Of a stretch of DNA of 38,505 nt, positions 26,509 to 34,852 are shown one piece after another; the stretch's first letter is position 1; every line of letters starts with the position of its first letter. The position numbers and the translations under genes were made by a program. This DNA is from an uncultured Anaerolineaceae bacterium (lineage in GTDB: Bacteria; Chloroflexota; Anaerolineae; 4572-78). The notes below the pieces were generated by a model, which searched no databases, had not been told where the DNA came from, and saw only the letters and a list, made by a program, of their open reading frames with translations. The DNA lies in assembly GCA_964570315.1 (NCBI GenBank), contig CAZMXX010000002.1, positions 1 to 38,505 of the forward strand, in the 5' to 3' direction.

Positions 26509-26555
26509 AAGTTAACATAGGGTGTTTGACGGGACTCTGTTCCTATGTTAAACTT
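26509..26555. repeat. Inverted repeat with a 20-nt loop just after ribF
   Basis: AAGTTAACATAGG ... CCTATGTTA(A)ACTT. The core 10-bp arms lie at 26512-26521 and 26542-26551. No U-tract follows. Confidence 0.4.
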
Positions 26556-26595
26556 CTGATAGCACGACAACGACCCATTCAGACCGGAACGATAT

Positions 26596-27318
26596 GTGAA
26601 AACCCAAGAAAAACTGGCGCAGGGCATCAAAGCTGCCAAACAGGGCGACCGTATCACGGCACAGAACTTATTGTTTGATGTGGTTGAAGCCGACCCCCAC
26701 AACGAAGCCGCATGGGTGTGGCTCAGCTACCTTGCCGATACGATTGCCGACCGCAAAATATGTCTGGAAAATGTGCTGGTCATCAACCCCGCCAACGATT
26801 ACGCTTTGCGCGGTATGGCGCAAATCGCCGAATTTACCAACCCGAAAACCGACGCCTCACCGCCGATGGTGCGGCAATCGCCGGGCAGACCCCTGCCGTT
26901 GATGCTGGTCACCGCTTTTTGGAGCGGATTGGGCATTTTGTTTTTCGGCGCCGGCGTGAAAGAAATTTTTGCGCGCATCGGGGATGTGCTGACCAGCCGG
27001 AGTTTCCCCTATTACATCACCCCCATCCAACTGTGGACGCTGACCATCGCCATCAGTTTTCTGATTTTGGGGATTATCGCCTTGAATGTGGCGTGGGGTT
27101 TGTATGCCAAAAGCAAAATCGGCTATTATGTCAGCATTCTGCTTTCGCTGGGATTGACCTTGCTGGCGCCCACCGCTTTGCTTATTGCGGAAACGTTCAA
27201 TTATTTTTACGTGGCAATTTCGGGCGTTGTGCCTGTTTTAGTGCTGTTTTTAACCCTTATGAGTCAATCCGGGTTTGACCATGACCGAACCGTTTCTGTT
27301 AACCCTGAACGAAATTGA
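26596..27318 (+). CDS. Membrane protein: N-terminal TPR-like segment plus about 4 TM helices
   Basis: GTG start. AAKQGDRITAQNLLFDVVEADPHNEAAWVWLSYL...NPANDYALRGMAQI is TPR-like, and hydrophobic segments follow. No family was recognised. Confidence 0.55.
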   Translation: MKTQEKLAQGIKAAKQGDRITAQNLLFDVVEADPHNEAAWVWLSYLADTIADRKICLENVLVINPANDYALRGMAQIAEFTNPKTDASPPMVRQSPGRPLPLMLVTAFWSGLGILFFGAGVKEIFARIGDVLTSRSFPYYITPIQLWTLTIAISFLILGIIALNVAWGLYAKSKIGYYVSILLSLGLTLLAPTALLIAETFNYFYVAISGVVPVLVLFLTLMSQSGFDHDRTVSVNPERN

Positions 27319-29884
27319 GTCCACCGACCTGCCGTTGGTGGGCGCAAAAGCGTTGAATCTGGCGCGACTGCATCAAAATAAATTACCGGTGCTGCCGGGG
27401 CTGGTGGTGACCACCGCATTTCTGGAAGCGCAAATCGCCGCGCAATCGTTGCGCCCCATTTGGGAAGGCTCGCCGAATGTGGCGGTGACGGAAGACGCGC
27501 TGCACTTTTTGGCGGACTTCCTCAAAAGCAAACCACTCGCGCACCCCTTGGACGAGCAATTGCAGCAAAAGCTCGCCGACACGTTTCCCCCCGGCGTCGA
27601 ATCGTTTGCCGTGCGGTCATCGGCGGTGGATGAAGACGGACAGCGCCACAGTTTCGCCGGGTTGCATCTGACCGAACTCGCCGTCCCGCGCGAACTGATT
27701 CCGGTCAGTTTGACCCGTTGCTGGGCATCCACCCTGATGGGTCCCGCCCTGAAATACCGCATTCAATATGATATTCCCATCCAAAAAATAAAAATAGCTG
27801 TCCTCATCCAGCCGATGCTCAAGCCGGATGCCGCCGGTGTCGCCTTCACGCTCAATCCCGTCTCCGGCGCGCGCGACGAGCTGGTGGTGGAAGCCGTGTC
27901 GGCGTTGGGCGATGCGGTGGTGCAGGGGACGGTCACGCCCTTCCGCTACCACATTGACCGGCAGAAACCCGGTTTCCCCGTGCGCCAAAAAAGCGGGGGC
28001 GATGATGTTGCCGCCGCCCGTGACCCCCTTTCCGCCCCGCAGTTGCAGACATTGGCACACCATTTGGAGCGGGTGGAGGCGCTGATGGGCGCACCGCAGG
28101 ACGTGGAATGGGCGTTCAGCAAAAATAAATTCTATTTCATGCAAACCCGACCCGTGTCATCGGCAACCCTCTCCGCGGGCGACGCCGCCCTGCATCCGCA
28201 GGATGACTTCTCCGCCGAATGGACACGTGCCAACCACCCCGGCACGCTGCCAGAACTGCCATCGGCGTTGTTTTCTTCCCTCATGCTCCGTACGCAACAT
28301 CGGGGCATCATCTTTTTTAAACGGATGGGCTTTGACGTGAGCGGGCTGGGTCCGTATATCAAACTATTTTTCGGCAGACCGTATTTGAATTTGGACATCA
28401 TCAAACACGTTTTGTCGCAATTGGGGTTCAACCCCCTGCCACTGCTGGCAATGGTGGGCTATGTGCCGGTGGGTTCGGTGATGAACCCGTTTGCCATCCG
28501 CTGGCATGATGTGTGGCGCGCGCGCCGTATTTTTCTCAACATTCTGCGGGAAATGCGGCATGTCGGGGCGTTTGTGGACAACTATCGTCAATCCACCGAC
28601 CACATCATCGCTACGCTTAAAAAGATTCCCGCCACCACTGACGACATGCTCACCCAGTTTCGCTTTCGGGAGCAGGTTTATGGCGATGTGATGACGGGCG
28701 GGCTGTTGCTGCTTTCGGCGCTCACCGGGCTGACCGTGCTGATTGCGCGGCTGGTTGCGCCATTCTCCGAATCATCGGTGCAGGTTTTTCAGACGCTGGG
28801 CACTTTCGGCAAAGACCCCGCCTCGGTGCGGCACAACACTGCCCTGTGGAAATTGAGCCGTCTGGCGCTGGCGGAGCCGACAGTGGTGGCGTATCTCGCC
28901 CGCTCATTTCGATTGAACGATTACCGAACCGCGCTGGCAGGCTCTGAATTTTTGCGCGCCTTTGAAGATTATCTGGCACAATATGGTTATCTCAGCGCCT
29001 ACCCGGCGGATATGGGCTTTCCCCGCTATCGGGAACAGCCGGAAGCATTGCTGCAATCCATTGCCGGATACACCCAGTTGGCGGAATTGCAGCGCACCGC
29101 GTTCACCGACCGTGCCACCGACGGGCAAGCTGTGCGGCATGTGTGGCGAAAACTCACCCGCAATGCGCGGGGGTGGCATCGCTGGTTGCCGTGGCGGCAA
29201 TGGGCAACCCGAATCTTGCTGGTGAAGTTGCACCGTTTCTTCGTTTTGCGTTCGGAGCTGTTTGCCGCGCAGGCACGCGCAATGGCGGCAATTCGGCAGT
29301 GGGATTTGGCATTGGCGCGAAAATGGGCGGCGGCAAAACTCATCAATTCGCCGGACGATTATTTTTGGCTCACCATGGAAGAAATTGAGCGGGTGATGGC
29401 GAGCGCACTGCGCACCATCCCCCCGCTGCAACCGACCATTGCCGCGCGGCGGGATGCGTATCGGGCATATTGGGATGTGGATGTGCCGCAAGTGATGGAT
29501 GATGCCGCTGTCCCCAACGTTTTGGAGGCGGGGGGTGTCACGGAGGTTTCGCTGGAAGATACGCTGTTGGGGTTGTCGGTCAGTCCGGGGCAGGTGCAGG
29601 GGCACATCTCATTTTTGAGCGAGTTTGAATCGCCGGAGGATGTGCCGCGCGGGCATATCTTGGTTGCACCCTCCACCGACCCCGCTTATTTGCCGTATTT
29701 TCCGTTGGCGGCGGGGTTGATTGTGGAGCGCGGCGGGATGCTCTCGCACGGGTCAATCATCGCGCGGGAATACGGCTTGCCCGCCGTCTCGAATATTGAT
29801 GCTCGCCGCCAACTTCATTCCGGTGACCGGGTGTTGCTCGATGGCAGCACCGGCTTGGTGCAAGTGCTGGAGCGAGCATCGTAA
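27281..29884 (+). CDS. PEP-utilizing enzyme family protein (PPDK-N/ATP-grasp N-domain plus C-terminal phosphohistidine swivel domain; rifampicin-phosphotransferase-like layout)
   Basis: N-terminus VGAKALNLARL...LPVLPGLVVTTAF. C-terminus GHILVAPSTDPAY...ERGGMLSHGSIIAREYGLPAV. About 868 aa. Confidence 0.75.
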   Translation: MTEPFLLTLNEIESTDLPLVGAKALNLARLHQNKLPVLPGLVVTTAFLEAQIAAQSLRPIWEGSPNVAVTEDALHFLADFLKSKPLAHPLDEQLQQKLADTFPPGVESFAVRSSAVDEDGQRHSFAGLHLTELAVPRELIPVSLTRCWASTLMGPALKYRIQYDIPIQKIKIAVLIQPMLKPDAAGVAFTLNPVSGARDELVVEAVSALGDAVVQGTVTPFRYHIDRQKPGFPVRQKSGGDDVAAARDPLSAPQLQTLAHHLERVEALMGAPQDVEWAFSKNKFYFMQTRPVSSATLSAGDAALHPQDDFSAEWTRANHPGTLPELPSALFSSLMLRTQHRGIIFFKRMGFDVSGLGPYIKLFFGRPYLNLDIIKHVLSQLGFNPLPLLAMVGYVPVGSVMNPFAIRWHDVWRARRIFLNILREMRHVGAFVDNYRQSTDHIIATLKKIPATTDDMLTQFRFREQVYGDVMTGGLLLLSALTGLTVLIARLVAPFSESSVQVFQTLGTFGKDPASVRHNTALWKLSRLALAEPTVVAYLARSFRLNDYRTALAGSEFLRAFEDYLAQYGYLSAYPADMGFPRYREQPEALLQSIAGYTQLAELQRTAFTDRATDGQAVRHVWRKLTRNARGWHRWLPWRQWATRILLVKLHRFFVLRSELFAAQARAMAAIRQWDLALARKWAAAKLINSPDDYFWLTMEEIERVMASALRTIPPLQPTIAARRDAYRAYWDVDVPQVMDDAAVPNVLEAGGVTEVSLEDTLLGLSVSPGQVQGHISFLSEFESPEDVPRGHILVAPSTDPAYLPYFPLAAGLIVERGGMLSHGSIIAREYGLPAVSNIDARRQLHSGDRVLLDGSTGLVQVLERAS

Positions 29885-30601
29885 CTACTTCTTTTTCTCA
29901 AAATCCATGAAACGATAACCGACACCGCGCTCGGTGAGGATGTATTTCGGGTGGGCGGGGTCGGTTTCTATTTTTTGGCGCAAATAGGTGATGTAAAGCC
30001 GCAGGTAGTGCGTTTCGTCGCGGTATTCATGCCCCCAGACCTTCGCCAGCAGCGTCTCATGCGGAATTGTCCACCCCGCGTTGGTCACCAGATGGTACAG
30101 CAACTTGAATTCAATGGGGCGCAGTTTGATGGCTTCGCCGCGCACGATGACGTGGCGAGTGTTCAAATCAATTTGCAGGTCGTCGTCCACCACAATCATC
30201 CCTTTGTCAATGGGCGAAGTGGCTTCAAACCGGCGCAACACCGCCCGGATGCGGCTGGCAAGCTCGCGCGGGCTGAACGGCTTGGTGACGTAATCGTCCG
30301 CGCCCAAATCCAGCCCCTTCACCCGCGAATCTTCATCGGCGTTCACGGTGAGCATGATGACCGGCACATTCGACACCTCCCGAATCAGGCGCAGCGCCTC
30401 AAAGCCGTCCATTTGCGGCATCATCACATCCAGCACCACCAAATCGGGCAGGGCGTCGCGCACCCGTTCCACTGCCTGCATGCCGTTTTCCGCCTCAATG
30501 ACCCGGTAGCCTTCCAAATCGAGATTCATTTGCATAAAACGGCGCATCCGCGCTTCATCATCCACAATCAAAATTAATTTTGAATCCGGTTTCGCTGGCA
30601 T
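29885..30601 (-). CDS. OmpR-family response regulator
   Basis: Receiver LILIVDDE...[14 protein letters not shown]...K, and a winged-helix C-terminus TERGVGYRF. Start at ATG 30601 (MPAKPDSK). Confidence 0.9.
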   Translation of the reverse strand: MPAKPDSKLILIVDDEARMRRFMQMNLDLEGYRVIEAENGMQAVERVRDALPDLVVLDVMMPQMDGFEALRLIREVSNVPVIMLTVNADEDSRVKGLDLGADDYVTKPFSPRELASRIRAVLRRFEATSPIDKGMIVVDDDLQIDLNTRHVIVRGEAIKLRPIEFKLLYHLVTNAGWTIPHETLLAKVWGHEYRDETHYLRLYITYLRQKIETDPAHPKYILTERGVGYRFMDFEKKK

Positions 30602-30602
30602 A

Positions 30603-30630
30603 ATTTTTCGTCCTTTGTCATTCGTCATTC
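30603..30630. repeat. Four in-phase heptamers abutting the response-regulator start codon
   Basis: The sense (minus) strand reads GAATGAC GAATGAC AAAGGAC GAAAAAT, then T-ATG. Confidence 0.45.
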
Positions 30631-30736
30631 GCAAATTTACTCAATTGTAAAACGTATTTTGTATTGCGTAATTTTATGGTGCGCGCAGTATGAAATACGT
30701 GATCCGTGAGCGACTCCGCAATTTTGAACCCGAAAC

Positions 30737-32278
30737 TCACTTCGGTAATTCCACCCAGAAGGTACTTCCCGCACCGACCGTGCTTTCCACCCACACCGAG
30801 CCGCCGTGCGCCTGCACCACGGCTTTCACCAAAAACAGCCCCAGCCCCGTGCCGGGCGCTTTGCGCGTCAGCCCATTATCTACCCGATGGAACCGCTCGA
30901 AAATTAATTCCTGCTCGGCGGCGGGAATACCGATGCCTTCATCGGCGACGAACAGGCGGACGGTGGTGGCGGTGGTCTCCCCGCCGATGCGAATGGTTCC
31001 CCCTTTGGGGCTATATTTTATGGCATTGCTGATGAGGTTGGTGATGACCTGATTCAACCGCTCGTAATCGCCGTGAATGGCGGGAAAGTCGGCGGGAAAG
31101 GTGATGGAAAAGGTGTGCTTTTCGGTGGTGGCGCGCAACGTTTTCACCGCTTCATCCACCATTTCGGGCAGGAATACTTCCGTGATGCGCAGTTTCAGAC
31201 TGCCCGCCTGCAAGCGGCTCGCTTCCAGAAAATTGGTGATGAGCGCATTCAGCTTGTCCGCCTCTTCCTCAATCACCGCCAGCCCCTCGTGCAGCGTTTG
31301 TCGGTCCCAATGAGCGTCCTCGCGCGCCAGCGTCCCCGCATACCCTTTGATGATGCTCACCGGCGTTTTCAGCTCATGCGAAATGACCGCCAACAGCGTC
31401 TCCCGCAGGTCGTCTGCTTCCCGCTGGCGGGTCACGTCGCGCATGTTGGCAATATATTGCGTCACCTGATTGTTTTCGTCGAACATAGGCGAATAATTAT
31501 CGGCGAAGGCGATGCGCATCCCGTCTTTGCGTTCGTGGAACCCTTCCGCAAACAATTGCCCGTTCTCCGGGGGATGCAGAATCGGGCATTGCGTGTGGCA
31601 CACGCTCACCCCCTGACGGGTCTTCAAATCTAGCACGGCATAACACGGCTTGCCGATGGCATCCTCGGCGGAAATGCCGGTGAGTTTCACCAGCGTGCTG
31701 TTCCACGTTTTGATGATGCGGAACGGATTGACCATCATCACCCCGTCGCCGCTGTTTTCAATGATGGCGTTCAGCCGTTCCCGTTCATTCAACACCTGAC
31801 GGTACAAATGGGCGTTGTGAACCGCAATGGCGGCGTGATTGGCGAACGTGCGCAACACAGCGCTGTCATTTTCGGTGAATGATGCCGCCCCTCGCATCCG
31901 AAAGATGAAAATATAGCCCCGATTTTTCCCTTCCGCGTTCAGTGGCAGTGCCACCACCTGCCGCAGGGGAATGTGCGCCGCGCGTGCCGCCAGCGCCATC
32001 CGTCGGGCAATATCGGGGATGCCGTCCGTGTTGGCGGGGACATCCTCCCACAGCGGCGCGAAATCGGGCACAACCTCGCGCGGCAAACCGATGCTCACCG
32101 CGGGCGTGAGATTGCCGTTCTGCTGGCGCAACACAATCAGCCCGGCTTGCCCCGCCAGCAATTCCACCGCATTTTCCATGATGATTTTCAGCAGGGCGCG
32201 CAAATCCAACTGCGAACTCATCGCCTGACTGATGCGGAGCAAGTAATTTCGTTGTAAAAGTTGGAAATCCGGCAGCAT
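30737..32278 (-). CDS. Cytoplasmic sensor histidine kinase (GAF-PAS-HisKA-HATPase_c)
   Basis: H-box ISHELKTPVSII, N-box ISNAIKYS, G-boxes DEGIGI and GTGLGL. No TM segment is seen. Confidence 0.9.
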   Translation of the reverse strand: MLPDFQLLQRNYLLRISQAMSSQLDLRALLKIIMENAVELLAGQAGLIVLRQQNGNLTPAVSIGLPREVVPDFAPLWEDVPANTDGIPDIARRMALAARAAHIPLRQVVALPLNAEGKNRGYIFIFRMRGAASFTENDSAVLRTFANHAAIAVHNAHLYRQVLNERERLNAIIENSGDGVMMVNPFRIIKTWNSTLVKLTGISAEDAIGKPCYAVLDLKTRQGVSVCHTQCPILHPPENGQLFAEGFHERKDGMRIAFADNYSPMFDENNQVTQYIANMRDVTRQREADDLRETLLAVISHELKTPVSIIKGYAGTLAREDAHWDRQTLHEGLAVIEEEADKLNALITNFLEASRLQAGSLKLRITEVFLPEMVDEAVKTLRATTEKHTFSITFPADFPAIHGDYERLNQVITNLISNAIKYSPKGGTIRIGGETTATTVRLFVADEGIGIPAAEQELIFERFHRVDNGLTRKAPGTGLGLFLVKAVVQAHGGSVWVESTVGAGSTFWVELPK

Positions 32279-32280
32279 AA

Positions 32281-32354
32281 TCGGTTATCGGAGATTGGCA
32301 AATCTGTTATTGGAGATTGCAGCCAACCTCTGTCTCTATCCCTGTCTCTATCCC
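32281..32354. repeat. Direct repeats in the kinase/fhaA divergent intergenic region
   Basis: GGAGATTG occurs twice, 22 nt apart (32290-32297 and 32312-32319). The tandem 12-mer TGTCTCTATCCC occurs twice (32331-32354). Confidence 0.5.
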
Positions 32355-32398
32355 AACTATTGTAGCATAAAAATAGATGGAGGATAAATGTTCATGGT

Positions 32399-32427
32399 TT
32401 GCATTTCCGTCTTTCCTTCACTATAAT
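32399..32427 (+). promoter_or_regulatory. Near-consensus sigma70 promoter for the fhaA-like operon
   Basis: TTGCAT (32399-32404), 17 nt, TATAAT (32422-32427). Confidence 0.55.
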
Positions 32428-32434
32428 TTTCCCC

Positions 32435-33148
32435 GTGAACAAGTTATTTCGGTTTGAACAATTGATGGAACAACTGGTGGAAACGCCGTTCATGCGGGTT
32501 TTTAAATCGCGTCTCCACCCCGCCGATTTGGCGAAAGAGTTGGCGCGGGCGATGGAGCGGGGCGCAATGGCAGACACCGACGGCACTGTTGTGGCGCCGA
32601 ACCGTTATACCGTGCGGATTCATCCCGCTGATTTGGCGAATTTGGAAGCGGTGGCGGAACTTTCAGCGGAAATTTCCGCGATGGAACGCTATTTGAATTC
32701 GCTGGTGCAGGAAACGGGGAGCGTGCTCACCGCGCCATTGCACGTGGAAATCGTCGGTGATGCGGCGGTGACGGCGGGCGAAATTGCCATCAGCGCGGAG
32801 AATCAATCGCCCCCGGCGACGGATTTCAGCGACACCAAACGTTTCCAACCCTCATTACCGCCGGCGAACCGGTGGCACATCCGCCTGCCCGACGGCTCGG
32901 CGCGGTTGGGGATGCCCATCGTGCGCATCGGCAGGGACGCGGACAACGATGTGGTGCTGGCGCATCCGACCGTTTCGCGGCATCACGCGCAATTGCGCTG
33001 GCAAAACGGCATCTATTTTGTGGAAAATCTGAGCCGCACCCAACCGTTGGGTGTGAATTTCAAACCCGCCACCGCTCGCGTGCCGCTCAAAGCGGGCGAT
33101 TCTCTGCAATTGGGGCAAGTAACAATTCACATTGAGATTCATCCATGA
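32435..33148 (+). CDS. FhaA-like protein (DUF3662-type N-domain plus C-terminal FHA domain)
   Basis: The N-terminus (V)NKLFRFEQLMEQLVETPFMRVFKSRLHPADLAKEL matches the FhaA N-domain pattern. The C-terminal FHA has GRDADNDVVL..PTVSRHHAQL. Start is GTG 32435, or alternatively ATG 32465. Confidence 0.75.
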   Translation: MNKLFRFEQLMEQLVETPFMRVFKSRLHPADLAKELARAMERGAMADTDGTVVAPNRYTVRIHPADLANLEAVAELSAEISAMERYLNSLVQETGSVLTAPLHVEIVGDAAVTAGEIAISAENQSPPATDFSDTKRFQPSLPPANRWHIRLPDGSARLGMPIVRIGRDADNDVVLAHPTVSRHHAQLRWQNGIYFVENLSRTQPLGVNFKPATARVPLKAGDSLQLGQVTIHIEIHP

Positions 33149-33540
33149 TAATCGATTGGGTTTTGCTGGCACTGCGATTGCTCGCGCCGGCGATTCTATA
33201 TGCATTTTTGGGCACAATGGTGTATCATGTGCTGACAACCGCTTCCGCGCGAATATCGGCGCGGTTGGTGGCAGTGGATGATGCCGCTCGGCGGTGGCAA
33301 TTGTCCCCGGAAACCACGCTGGGGCGCGATGCCGCCAACACCATCCCCGTGGACGATGAATTCGTCTCGGCGCGGCATGCCCGCGTTTTTCTGCGTGACG
33401 GCGGGTGGTGGCTCGCCGATATGGGCAGCACCAATGGCACAACCCGCAACGGCACGCCCATTTCCGCCCCTGTGCCGCTCAAACCCGGTGACATCATCGG
33501 GGTGGGCAATCACTTTTTTCGCTTGGAGTTACAGGAATAA
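33145..33540 (+). CDS. FhaB/FipA-like small membrane-anchored FHA-domain protein
   Basis: N-terminal TM plus a canonical FHA domain (LGRDAANTIPVDDEFVSARHARV...GSTNGTTRNG). Confidence 0.8.
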   Translation: MIIDWVLLALRLLAPAILYAFLGTMVYHVLTTASARISARLVAVDDAARRWQLSPETTLGRDAANTIPVDDEFVSARHARVFLRDGGWWLADMGSTNGTTRNGTPISAPVPLKPGDIIGVGNHFFRLELQE

Positions 33541-33543
33541 TCT

Positions 33544-34146
33544 ATGAAAATCTCGCTCATCCCCTGGGAAATCATCTGGTTTATTGACGTCATTGTGGTG
33601 GTATTTTGGATTTTCGCCACCAATTTGAAACGCCCCCCCCAACAGGAACGCCGCCGGCGCTATTGGTTTCTGTTACCCGACAACGCCGTTTTCTACATTG
33701 TTTTTTCGGTGATTTTCGTTCTGCCGGTATCGTTGAACATACTGAACATTCAATTTGATGTGGACAGTCAGAATGACGCCGCCACAACGTTTGACAACCC
33801 GATTGAGGATTTGCGTCCCCGCCGATATGACCTGCCGCCGCGAGAAATTTACGATGCCGCCCTAAAAGCCGTGCAATCGCAAAGAACATACGGACAGCGC
33901 TGGATTATCACCTTTGCCGATTATCTGCCCGATGACCGCACGGGGCGCATTGTGGCGGAAGTGCCGGTGCTCAATTTTGTGGATGAAATTGCCATCACCA
34001 TTCAACCGGCGGGCGGGCAAGCCACCGATTACCGGGTGGACGTGTACAGCACCTCGCGGGTGGGGGAAGCGGATTTCGGTGAAAATGGGCGGCACATTGT
34101 GCAGTTTTTCCGCGCGCTGGAAAAAGAACTGGCAAATGCAAAATGA
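33544..34146 (+). CDS. Membrane protein with a DUF1499-like C-terminal domain
   Basis: Two N-terminal TM segments. The C-terminal VDVYSTSRVGEADFGENGRHIVQFF resembles the DUF1499 signature (from memory). Confidence 0.5.
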   Translation: MKISLIPWEIIWFIDVIVVVFWIFATNLKRPPQQERRRRYWFLLPDNAVFYIVFSVIFVLPVSLNILNIQFDVDSQNDAATTFDNPIEDLRPRRYDLPPREIYDAALKAVQSQRTYGQRWIITFADYLPDDRTGRIVAEVPVLNFVDEIAITIQPAGGQATDYRVDVYSTSRVGEADFGENGRHIVQFFRALEKELANAK

Positions 34147-34793
34147 CCCGACCTCTGAAAATTTTCTGCGATTTCGACGGAACCATCACCCGCGTGGACG
34201 GGTGCAACATCATCATTGACCACTGCATCGGCAGGGATGCCCGCCGCGCCATTGACGATAAAATTGTCAGCGGCGAATATTCGTTTCGGCAGGGGTATGA
34301 TGCGCAATTTGCCGGGGTGCGTCTGGCATGGGGGGAAGCGCAGGCGTTGCTGCATCAAAAAAACGGCATCGACCCCACCTTTCCGCCTTTTGTGCGTTGG
34401 GTGGAAGCGCAAAATATCCCTTTCACCGTTCTTTCGGCGGGCGTGACGCAGATTATCCGCGAATATCTGGCGACGGTGGGGTTGGCGGCACTGGACATCC
34501 GCGCCAACCAAATCCGAATTGAGAATCGCCGCTGGCGGGTGGATTATTTTGACGAGACTCCTTTCGGCAACGACAAAGCCGCCGCCGTGCGCGAAGCGGC
34601 GGCGCAGGGCTTCCGCACCGCTTTCATCGGCGATGGCATCTCCGATTTTCCGGTGGCATCTGTGGCGGATATTCTGTTCGCCAAACGGGGCGATCGGCTG
34701 GCGGCGCATTGTATCGCGCAGGGGATTGACTTTCACCCCTTTGAAAATTTTGAGGAAGTGCTGGCTGTACTGAGATTAGATGTTGGCGATTAG
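34143..34793 (+). CDS. HAD-IB phosphatase, MtnX-like
   Basis: Motif I IFCDFDGTIT, IPFTVLSAG and the IGDGISD motif. It is collinear with B. subtilis MtnX from memory. Confidence 0.65.
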   Translation: MTRPLKIFCDFDGTITRVDGCNIIIDHCIGRDARRAIDDKIVSGEYSFRQGYDAQFAGVRLAWGEAQALLHQKNGIDPTFPPFVRWVEAQNIPFTVLSAGVTQIIREYLATVGLAALDIRANQIRIENRRWRVDYFDETPFGNDKAAAVREAAAQGFRTAFIGDGISDFPVASVADILFAKRGDRLAAHCIAQGIDFHPFENFEEVLAVLRLDVGD

Positions 34794-34838
34794 CGATTAA
34801 TCGCCAACGACCAATCTCCAATGACCAATAACCAATCC
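34783..34838. repeat. 10-bp hairpin over the mtnX-like stop codon followed by four tandem CCAATNN heptamers
   Basis: Hairpin TTGGCGATTA-GCGAT-TAATCGCCAA (34783-34807). Heptamers CCAATCT CCAATGA CCAATAA CCAATCC (34811-34838). AAGGAG and ATG 34853 follow. Confidence 0.55.
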
Positions 34839-34852
34839 AAAAGGAGTGATTT

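Noticed and set aside
29882-29887. Convergent stop codons of the PEP-utilizing enzyme and the response regulator abut with 0 nt between them
   Set aside because: This is noted but not unusual in compact genomes. It only implies transcripts overlap or terminate inside the neighbouring gene.
32331-32354. Tandem 12-mer considered as a CRISPR or other array
   Set aside because: There are only two contiguous copies with no spacers, so it is far too short. I treat it as a simple tandem duplication in a regulatory region.
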